From Hyaloraphidium curvatum SAG 235-1 (taxonomy: Eukaryota > Fungi > Monoblepharomycota), in NCBI GenBank assembly GCA_025558095.1, contig JAIVFI010000012.1:124001-188000 (forward strand): 64,000 nucleotides of DNA, in the 5' to 3' direction. Below the pieces are notes generated by a model that worked only from the letters and a program-made list of their open reading frames with translations, did not search any database and was not told where the DNA came from. A program made the position numbers and the translations under genes. Of the stretch, positions 54,809 to 64,000 are shown in pieces. Every line of letters starts with the position of its first letter. The stretch's first letter is position 1.

Positions 54809-57800
54809 TCAGCTGAAAGCGAATCCTTGCGCCCCGTAGTGGATTGCAATCAAGAGCTTCTCCTTCAAGACCGCGCCGCTAGGGTATTTGGGAACGACGA
54901 GCCTGTTGAAGCTGAGTGAAAAGTCGTTAGAAAAGAAAACGCCGCCAGGACCACGCAGTCGAGCTTACCAAGTGCTCGACGTCGGCAGGCGATCCGTGTT
55001 CGTATAGGCGTCCACTTGGATGAACATGCCGATTCTGCCATCCAGAGTCCGCAATCCGGCAAATCCGCCGAGCGGCAGCGCTGAGCAGCCCGTCCAGAAC
55101 GCTAGCAACAGCGCCCGCTCTGCGCCGTCCATAGCCTGCACGGCCTCCCAAATGGCGTCCGCCAGGTAGGTAGGAACGCTGCTGCAGTCCGCGTTTGCCT
55201 TCCAGTCCGCGACGTCAAGCTGCTGCATGCCAAAGAGGGCGAGCTCCAGTTCCGCTGGCTGAAAGTGAGACACACAAGCTTGCGGCACGATGAGGTTGAA
55301 GCCTTTGACGATTGAAGATCAATGACCCCCGTGAGCCAGTGAGATCAAGAGTCGACTCACCCTTGAGGAAAGACTGCCTCAAGTCGTTGACCCTGCCGAG
55401 CTTCCACTTCCAGTATCGCTCGATGAACTTCTCCTTGTTGGATTCCGAAAGCAGCACGTTCTCGCCGTCCTCCACGAGCTCGACCGAGTTCCCTGACTCG
55501 TCCGAGACCACAAAATTCAGGTACTCGTTCTGCGAGAGATCGGATTCCCTGATCCGAGTCCATGATTGGTAGACCTCGGGATCGATCTGCTCGTAGTCTT
55601 GACAAGCGACTGCGGAGCCAATCATCGTCTTGAAGGCAGCAAAGCTCAGTCATGAGCAATCCGCCTGCGAACCCCGGCCTTCATCGTACCTTGAAGAAAG
55701 CAGCAGCAAATCGCACCCCGGACATCGTCTTGCCGTTGTAGAGAGCCATTCCGCACAACCTTCCCGCAAACTCGGCTCTTTTCAGAGCGCCGTCCGCCAC
55801 CGGTCCCTCTTTGAAGAACGCGAGACCATTGTCGGCAGTCTTGAAAACACCGAGCTCCTCCTTGGCGAACTCGACAGCGACGGCCGAGAAAAACTCCCGC
55901 AAAGGGCCTTCCATGATCCCGGGCTCGTTGGCAAACATGACCGACATGGGGCCGGCGCGGAGATCGCGATGAGCAGCGAATGCGGAGGTGAACTCGGCGC
56001 CACGCTGCACCACCAAGTGCTGAGGGCCATAGAGAGGGGCATAACGTTGCTGGCGCAGAAGGTCGCGGAAGTACGCCAGCCTATTCTCCAGGTCCAGAAG
56101 CCCTGGGAACCTCGCAAACTTCGAGAGCGCGTCCGGGAATTCGCGGCAGTACCTGTTGAGGTACGAATAGCATGCCGGCTTCTCCGCAAGAGATCGCAGC
56201 ATCTGGTGGAAGACACTGGCAGGGACGCGAAAGCTGGGCCGATTGCGAGAATAGTGCCGCCAGTAGGAGCTTTCCGAGTCGGAATCCTGGGTCTCCTTGT
56301 CCCGGATGTGCTCGTCCATGACTGCGAGCTGAGCCGAGTCCGCCTGAAGCAAGGCGACCATGACATCTGGTAGGATGGGATCAGGGAAGCCTCTTTTGCA
56401 TCGCGGGCGATCAAAACTTGCCTTCGTTGACGCCTGCACCTTGATCTTCTTTCTTGGCCTCAGCCATAAAGGCATAAAGCAGCGGCGTCCAGCCCGCGCT
56501 GTCCACGACATTCGCAGGGATGCCCAGCTCCATGAGAAAGTGCACCAGCGGCGCATCCCATTGGACCGCCGCGTAGTGCAGCGCCGTCGTTCTCTCGGCA
56601 TCGACCAGCAAAGGGTTCGCGCCCAGGTCGATGAGGAGCTTCACCGCGCGCACCGAAATGGAGGTCGTCGCATCGACCTCGGGCACTTCTTCCGCTTCGT
56701 CGGCGAGAAGATCCAGCCCGTCCACTCCCCAATTGTCCAGGACCTTGTCCTCCCGATTTGCTGCGGCCAGCAAGGGTGACTTGCCAGTGCCGTCCTCGAC
56801 ATCCACAGAGCTACGCGCCGCGTCCGCGAAGGATCCTCCCGATTGACGTCGGTGCCCTTCGAGCCCAGTCACGAGCTCCGCAACGCTCTTCAGGCAATCG
56901 AAACCCGCTTCCAACGGGCGAAGCACGGCAGCAGCGGCAGCGTAGTGAAGCGGGGTGAGCTTGGCGCCGTCCACCTTCAACAGGTCCTGAACTCGGATGA
57001 GCCCGCCCTTGACCAGAGCGTGGATGGCGTCCGAGCGCTGGTTCCTTGCGGCAGCATGAGCTACGTACGACCGGCGAGTCAGCTTCCTCCGCGTCCTCTT
57101 GTCCAGCTTCTTCAGCCTTCGAACGAGGTCGTCCAGCAGCGGCTCGCTTCCATGAGGGAGAGACACCGCAAGCGACAGAACATTGTGCTGTTGCGAAGAC
57201 GCCGTGATGGGGATCCGCATCCGAACGAGGTTGATGAAGTCCTCATTGTCCGTCCTCGAGGCCACAAGGCTCTTCAGAATGCGCGCAAACCTCTCGGACA
57301 CCTCTTCGCGAGGCAGCTCAAGCTCCGACAGCCGAATGAGCCAGGCTTGTATCACCGCCACGTTGTCCACGTCGGTACGGTACATGTCCAAGTTCAATCG
57401 CAGAAAGGGGGTCAAAACGTCCGCTGGAGCATAGCACAGAAAATGAGAGAGTGGTGCACGACGAGCGTCCGGGCAGAACAGATCAAGATCGGGCTTCCGC
57501 GCGGCCAGCTTCGCCAAATCCGCGGCAGCCTTCTTCGTTGTCCGCGCCGCCACCTGTCCATCGGCAAATCTTAGCAGCAGCTCTAACACTTTGTCCTCCA
57601 GCTCCGGGAGAAACGGCACCGCGTCGGCGTAGAGCTCCGCCTCCTCGGGTCCCCCGGGAACCCCGCCAGATGCGCAGGACCGGCACAGCCAATCCTCCCC
57701 CAACTCGAAGCCGACGCAGACCGAGTGGAACTCGCGGGAACACGACATGCAGCCTACCGTCGGCCCGCGGTAGCCGCGCTTGGCAAGCTCCCGGCCGCAG

Positions 57801-58750
57801 ACGCAGCTGAGCACCTCGTCCGGCAGTCCCTCGGAGCTCTCGTACTCATCCTCGTCTGCTTCCACGTCCGATTCGGCGCCCACGTTGGGCGCCGCACCGC
57901 TATCGTCGGCCTCCTTGGGCAGGTCTTCGGATTCGTCCTGGTCCGACCCGAGCCTGCCCTTGGACCGGTCGAAGCGTTTGGTCCGCTCCTGCTTCCGCGT
58001 CGACCTCCTCACTTCCAGTGGTACTTCGACCGTTGCCTTCTTGGGCGTTCGAGGCCCGCTGGCCAGCGCTTCCAGGGGAGCCTTGGGAGTCGCGCCCTCC
58101 TCGTCGTCGTCCTCAATCACGCGAACCCGCCTCCTCCTTCGGCCGATCGGCGCATCCGACTCTGCGCCGACGTCGGCATCAGCATTCACGTCAGGCTCCT
58201 CCAGAGTCGCCGGCGGGGTTGCGAAGGCACCGGCGGCGCCTGCTAGGTCTGGAAGACCATCGGCAAACGCAGGGGAGGCCGTCGGCGCGCCGTCGTCTTC
58301 ATCTTCGCTCGACACGACGCGCCGCCGTTTGGTCCCTTTCGGCCGCGCGATTATCGGCTCCTCGTCGTCCTCGTTCGCGCCGGAGCCGGGGTTGGCACCC
58401 CTGGTCTCTGTTGTTTGCCCCAGCTCGCCTTCCTCCTCCGAATCCGGCGAAACCGCTTTCTTCCTCCGGGAAGCCGAAGAGCTCCCTGTGCCCTTCCTAG
58501 TCGCGCCCTTGCCCGCCTGCGGATGTCGCCGTCGCCGAAGAAGCTCGGAGCCATCCCACTTCTTGGCCGGCTTCTTCGTCCGCCCCTTGCCCGGCGGCGC
58601 CTTCTTCCGCGCGGGCCTCAGGTCATCGAGCTCTTTGCGTGCCTCGTCTTCCGAGGACGAGCCGGAGCTGCTCGCAGACGCCGATGCCGACGCGTCCGAG
58701 GGGTCGAACTCCGACTGCGACTCCGTGTCCGACGAAATCCTGCGGGGCAT
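54809..58750 (-). CDS. HECT E3 ubiquitin ligase with PHD finger and ankyrin repeats (HACE1-like)
   Basis: Acidic/basic disordered N-terminus; PHD CVC..CMSC..FHSVC..WLCRSC; ankyrin TPLHYAA, TALHYAA, GWTPLLYA; HECT EPGIMEGPLREFF, LLAFWTG, LPTSST|CFN, GFAFS*; several introns. Confidence 0.9.
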
Positions 58751-58937
58751 GGTGGCCCCGCCCGGAACCGCGAGCCTTCAGGGTCCCGAGCAAAATAGAA
58801 GAATGTTCATCGATGCTGCCGCCGATTGCCGGTGGACCGGCCAAGGGGCGTGACCGTGCATGCGGTCTGAGAGGCCAGAATCTGGCGGCCGGCGGCGGCC
58901 GGCGAAGCGCGTGCACGGGAGCCGCAAAGCTCCAGCG

Positions 58938-60107
58938 ATGGCCGCCTCGGCCCTCTCCGCGGCCGACGTTGCTCCTCCGGCCGCGCTCGACCCGCGGTCC
59001 GCGTCTCCGGGCTCGGTTCTTGGTGGGTTGGAAGCCGACTATTATACCTCGTCCCTGGCTCACCCCTTTCCAGTCCACGTCGGCGACGGCTCGGCGATCC
59101 GGGCCCTGTGAAAGAAAGCATTCGGAGATTATGCCGGCGATCCCGCCCCGGGGAGGCGCTTCGTGATCATCGACGTGCCGGACCAGTCGTTCCCTCTCAA
59201 AGCGAAGGTCAAGGAGGCACAGAAGGTGTGCCCGGAGGCGGTCATCCTCGTCTATGCCGCCGAACTGCCCAAAGATCTGCCGAAGCGCGCGGTCGTGGCA
59301 CCCGTGACTGCTCCGCCGGGCTTCAAGGAGGACGATATAACGGACAGCCTGGCCCAGGCCTTCCTTGGGCTCATTCTCGACCGTGCTGGCGATATGAAGA
59401 AGAAGCCGGAGGCCTTTTCGAAAGCTCAAGCCGCCCTGAGCGCCGACAGGATACCCATCATCGTTTATCATTGCTCAATCGGGGACCGCAACATTTCAGA
59501 GTACGAGCTACTCTTGTCGGTCGACCTCCCGGTCGAAGATATAGGAGCTGGGACCGGTGCTGACCTCTAGCTCGATACCCACATAGCCCCGAACCTCGCT
59601 AGGGTACGACCACGGTCGAGCTCAACCCGGCGGCGTACCGGGCTCTCCGCGGCAAGGGCAACGCGGAGAAGTGCAAGGCCGTCTCCCGGCCCCCCGTCGC
59701 GAGGCCCAAGTGCGCCAACTGCGGCGACCGTGCGGTTACGGTTGCGCAGCCGTGCGAGCGCTTCCTCATCCCCGAATGGCCGGCGGAGCCGACCACCGAT
59801 GGACCCGGGGGAAAGGCCGTGCTGCCGACGGTCTGGCTTGCGAGGGACTACTTCTGCTTCCGGCCGCAGTGCATGATTGCCATCAGCCGCGCGGCAGGCC
59901 TGGGCGCTGCACCTGTGGGTCAATCTGCACGTGCCCAAGTGGGTATGGTCGTGCGAGGTCTGCGGAAGGCCTTCGTCCAAGGTGTGCAAGCGGTGCCGCC
60001 TCGCCCACCACTGCTCGGCCTAGTGCCAGCTCCACGAGTGGAAACCCCAGCACAAGCTGGAATGCAACTACTTCATGGCGCAGCTGGCGTCCGACGCAGC
60101 TGCCTGA
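58938..60107 (+). pseudogene. zf-MYND protein pseudogene
   Basis: C-terminal CEVCGRPSSKVCKRCRLAHHCSA*CQLHEWKPQHKLEC (59952-60066); in-frame TGA 59109 and TAG 60021; frameshift near 59890. Confidence 0.8.
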
Positions 60108-60680
60108 TCGTCTGTCGCTGGTCTTGCCGTATTAGAGACCTGATCGTATGTATGGCTGTTCTTGGCCTGGCAAGCGGAGCCAAAGGTATACCCGCACAAG
60201 CACGCACTCCTTCCTCGAATGCATCCAGCATAAGTGAAGGTTACTTTGTTTTAGAGTCCTTGAACGCTTTGAGTTTCGCTTTTTCATGCCACCCCGCGAA
60301 GCTTTTGTGCCTCCGCCGCAGCAGCGGGCGGCCGCTCGCGATGGCGCGATGGGCGTATCTTGACGCATCCCAAAGCACACACTGCAATTACTGCACTTCG
60401 CGCCCTACACGTCACGACCGACCCGCTAACGATGTGGCCTGCGAGTGAGGGAAGCTGAGGTCCTGAAAAGTGTGCGCCAACCGGCCCCGATCGTGTCCGT
60501 GACCGGGGCCGGCGCGCACCCGGCTCCTGAAGCCGGGGTCTCTAGCTCTACGTCTAAGTCCGAACGCAAGGTCTCCAATGCCAGAGCGTCGCCCGCTCAT
60601 AGGTTCCCCAAAGTCCCGCCGCCAAAATCCGAGGACGCCCCTCGGCACACCCCACGCCACGCCGCCAGCCTCGGGGACCC

Positions 60681-63600
60681 CTACCCGATCCCCTCGGCGT
60701 CGTCGTCATCGTCGTCCGGATCCGAGTCGTTCCCGCCCGCGAGTTGGTGCGGGAAAGGCTGCGGATCCCCAGGCCAGGCCCCCGGCGGAGCCGGTCCGAT
60801 GCCCCACCGCCGTGCGCCCGGGGTCAGCTGGAAGTGCGGGATTGCCCCGCGGTTAAAGCAGTGGAAAATGGCCCTGTAGCCAGTGTTGCCGCCGCCGATC
60901 GTGTCCCGCTCGAAGAAGAACCGCCGCATGTTGCCGGCGTGGCCGGCGGGTGGGTCGACAAGGTGCTCGTGGCCGGCGCCGGCGGGCCGATCACACCTCT
61001 TGAGCCGGTGGGTCTTGTGGTTGTGGTCTGCGCGATCGACCTCGTGAGCGGGAATCGAGGCCGCGCAGAGAGGAAGCACCCACCGACGTCGCGATCCGGG
61101 CACTCCGAAGCCCACCTGTTCGAGGTCAGGCAGAAGTTGCGGTGCCGGTGGTGCCCCTTGACCCGCCGCCGCTTCCACCTGTCCGGCCCCAATGAGTTCA
61201 CGACAATGAAGAACGAGAGCGCGGCGAACTCACACGTGGTCTCTCGGGCACTTGGTCTTGGAAACCGTGGTCGCGACCAGCCGGTGCCCGTGACCCCCGG
61301 TCCGGATGTTGTCCAGAAGGCACGCGTCCGAGGTGCGCTGGTCCGGCACGAATCCCACCGTTGCGCCCTGGCACGCCATCCAGCGCACGATACTCTGCGG
61401 CGACGGAGACGTCAGCATGGGGTGGTGTCGGCTCTCGGGCAAGTGCGACCCACGAATTGGCCTGTCTGGGCGACGGGCCCGTTCCACATCCACCGAGGGA
61501 GGTCAAAGACGTGCAGCGCGGCCCTGAAAGGGCTGATCGGGCGCCGATACTCGGGATCGCGTGTGTCGGCGGCGCCCCGCTTGGTCGGGTCGAACTGCTG
61601 CGAGACCAGCCGGTACTTCTGCCGCCGCATCTTCGGCACGGTGCGGAGGTGGAAGAGCTCAGGCTCGTCGAGCTCGCGGGGCTCGCCGACGTTATCGCGG
61701 GCCGCGCGGTAGGTGTTGGGGTACTGCAGAGGGGCGGCAGTGAAGGACTGCTGCGGAGGCAGCGAGGGAGCTGCTGGAACCCACCATCACTCCCCTCTTC
61801 CACAGCGCCGTGAGCTGCGCCGCGCGGCCCTTGTCGACCTTGAGCTCGTAAACGCGCTGCATGTGGAGCTTCGAGTAAAAGAAGTCGCGGATGCTGGCAA
61901 GGCGCGAAGGTCAGCTGCGCTGGGGAGCACGATCGCACGGCGGTCGAAACTCACGAAGCCTGCACCCTGTACTTGATGGTCTGGTAGAAGAACATCTCGC
62001 GCGGGTCGGGCTGCTGGAGGAACTGGCGCTTGAGGCCCTTGAGCATCTCGATCGCCTCTGAGCGATCGGGAGGACGGTCAGCGGGGGAAATGAGCAACAA
62101 CGTGGTCGAGAAACCCACGGCTGACGGGGAGCTGACCCGGGGGCGGGTCGTGCGCCGCCCGAGCGACCTTGTTCTCGAGGTGGTTGAACCGCGCCTGGCC
62201 TGTGAGGTGGCTGGGAAGGAGGACGTCGGCGTCAGCTCCCGTGCCGTGCGAGAGCGGCGTTGGGATCCGCACTACATGAAACGGCCCTTAAGCGTGCGGA
62301 TGAAAGAGTCGCGCTGCCGCTTGGCGTTCTTGACGGCGACGAGGTTGGTTGGGTCGACGGGCGCCGGCTGCTGCCGGTAGAACAAGTCCATGTCGACCTC
62401 CTGGATCGAGTTTCTCTCGCCTGGAAAGGTCCGTCAGAGGGCATTCTGGTGCCGCCCGACAGAGCGCGCTCACCAAAGTCGTTGCCGAGGATCTTGCAGT
62501 TCAGGCCGAGCACCCACGTCGCGGCCGGCGTTCCGGGACAGCTGTAAAAGTTGATCATCTGCCCCTCGGTGGCCTGCGCCGGCGGCGTCGGCCACGGGTA
62601 CAACGGCTTGCGCCGCTTCTTGTAGAACTCGGCGATGCTGTGTGCGAAACGGCCTGCGAAGTGGAGCGTCAGCATGGCCTTGGTCGGCGCAATCACGACC
62701 AGGCTCACGTCGGTAGTGAGGATCCGTCTTCCGCAGCACATTCTTGGTCCGCAGGAAGATCATGATCCGCGAGTGCTTGCTGTCCGTACTGAACCGCCAA
62801 AAGGTGACCGGGATTGGCCGTCCTGGTCGACGTGCGCGTGAGCAGACCTCGAGCTCGCCAGAGCCGCCGCGGCGCTCACCTCCGCGGGCCTCGTTGCCCT
62901 TGTTGTAGGTCATGACCATCGGCTTGCGGATGCACTGCTGCAGAGTGAACTGCGGCTCGTCGCGCACCTCCATGCGCACGGCGCGGCTGCGTTTTGCGGA
63001 GAAGAGGAGGTCCAACAGCCTGTTTTCCATCATCTTGCGCTGGGCGGCGTTGCCGGCGTTGAAGATTTCCGAGTCGGAGAACTGCGTGCGCGTCGCGTGG
63101 CGGTCGACGTATCGGGGCACGAGGGGGGAGAGGAAGCCGACCGGCAGGATGGGGTTGTTGGGGTCGTCGTCCTGGAGGTCGTTGCGGTTGAGGTGGACCA
63201 GGAGCCGGGCCGAGATCTTGCCGTCGAAAATGACTTCGTCTGCCGCCGCATTGAGCGGGCAAGAGCAAAATGACGGCGACGCTTGACACCTACACGGCTC
63301 CCGCTTGGCGGAAAGGTTAAGGAGCCGAAGCGGCGCCTTGGGCTTGACCCATTCCGGGTGTTCGGCCGACTCGTACTCGACGGGAACGATGTACGACATG
63401 AAGCTGGGCGGACACGTCGTCGATCGTGAGCCGCCAAACCGCCGAGGTCGGCAGACGACCTACTTGACGAGCGTGCGAAGCTTCGACGCCACCTCGGGGA
63501 ACTTGCGGATCACGTAGCTCCAATCGCCCGCCGTCCGCCAGTCCTTGAGCGTCTCCACCGTGGGCTCCACCGTCGAGTCCCACGGCACGACGGTGGTGCC

Positions 63601-64000
63601 CTCAAGGACGAAGGTGAGGTAGTAGCGAAAACGGCTGCAAGGCGTCAAGGGGATCAGCTCATTCAGTCGACCATGTGCGGCCAGCGGAGAGACCCACAGA
63701 AACCAGCCGGCGATGCGGCGGCGGACGTTGGGGAAACCGGGGCCGTCCGCGTTGACGGTCACGCCGCCAAAGTAAAACCTCCACATGACGGGGCAGGCGA
63801 AGGCGAACTGCTTTCCCCTGACGGCCCTGGGCTTGTTCCCGAGGGTCAGCCGTTCAGCTGGCGAAACGGGCAGTGATCGGTGAGCCGCTGCTGGAACGAG
63901 ACGACGAGCGAGGCGTACCCATACGAATCCGCTGCGCCAGGGGAATGTGCGTGGTGTCGGCGCTGTCCTTGAGCAGCGCAAAAAAGCACCTATACATCCA
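60681..64000 (-). CDS. Large multi-exon protein of unknown family, 5' end outside window
   Basis: More than ten short GT-AG introns link exons into one frame ending in ...GNDSDPDDDDDDAEGIG*; no recognisable domain. Confidence 0.7.

Noticed and set aside
3579-60023. Genetic-code reassignment of TGA/TAG suggested by in-frame stops at 3579, 59109 and 60021
   Set aside because: TGA and TAG end many intact genes here, and the MYND locus also has a frameshift, so decay explains it better.
60445-60879. Plus-strand 144-aa ORF
   Set aside because: Low complexity, overlaps the 3' end of the minus-strand gene, and has no recognisable motifs.
1-64000. Bacterial genome, operon or contaminant contig
   Set aside because: Spliceosomal introns interrupt most genes, including bacterial-type ones, and eukaryote-specific genes (ATP23, HECT, F-box, MYND) are interleaved.

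Overview
GC-rich eukaryotic DNA, not prokaryotic. It carries about 35 tightly packed genes with short (~45-80 nt) GT-AG introns and CTGAC/CTAAC-type branch points. Gene content (ATP23, EIPR1-like WD40, MBOAT, HECT E3, DUF676, expanded F-box/LRR and zf-MYND genes, GPI-type Cys-rich surface proteins) fits an early-diverging fungus; a Monoblepharidomycete such as Hyaloraphidium is my inference, not verified. Exon structures were read by hand, so coordinates are gene spans including introns. Main observations: (1) many bacterial-type metabolic genes, several of which carry peroxisomal targeting signals on terminal exons or tails (thiolase -SKL, 2-hydroxyacid dehydrogenase -AKL, MBL hydrolase -GKL, and an OYE with a PTS2 on its own first exon); (2) a co-oriented amidohydrolase / OYE / heme N-demethylase (DUF3445) / MBL-hydrolase block; (3) an unrecognised ~80-aa Cys/Trp module repeated in two surface proteins; (4) a PHD-ankyrin-HECT ligase with a HACE1-like catalytic motif; (5) four F-box/LRR-like paralogues in different states of decay; (6) several dispersed gene-fragment duplications. 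I found no rRNA, tRNA, CRISPR array or recognisable transposase.
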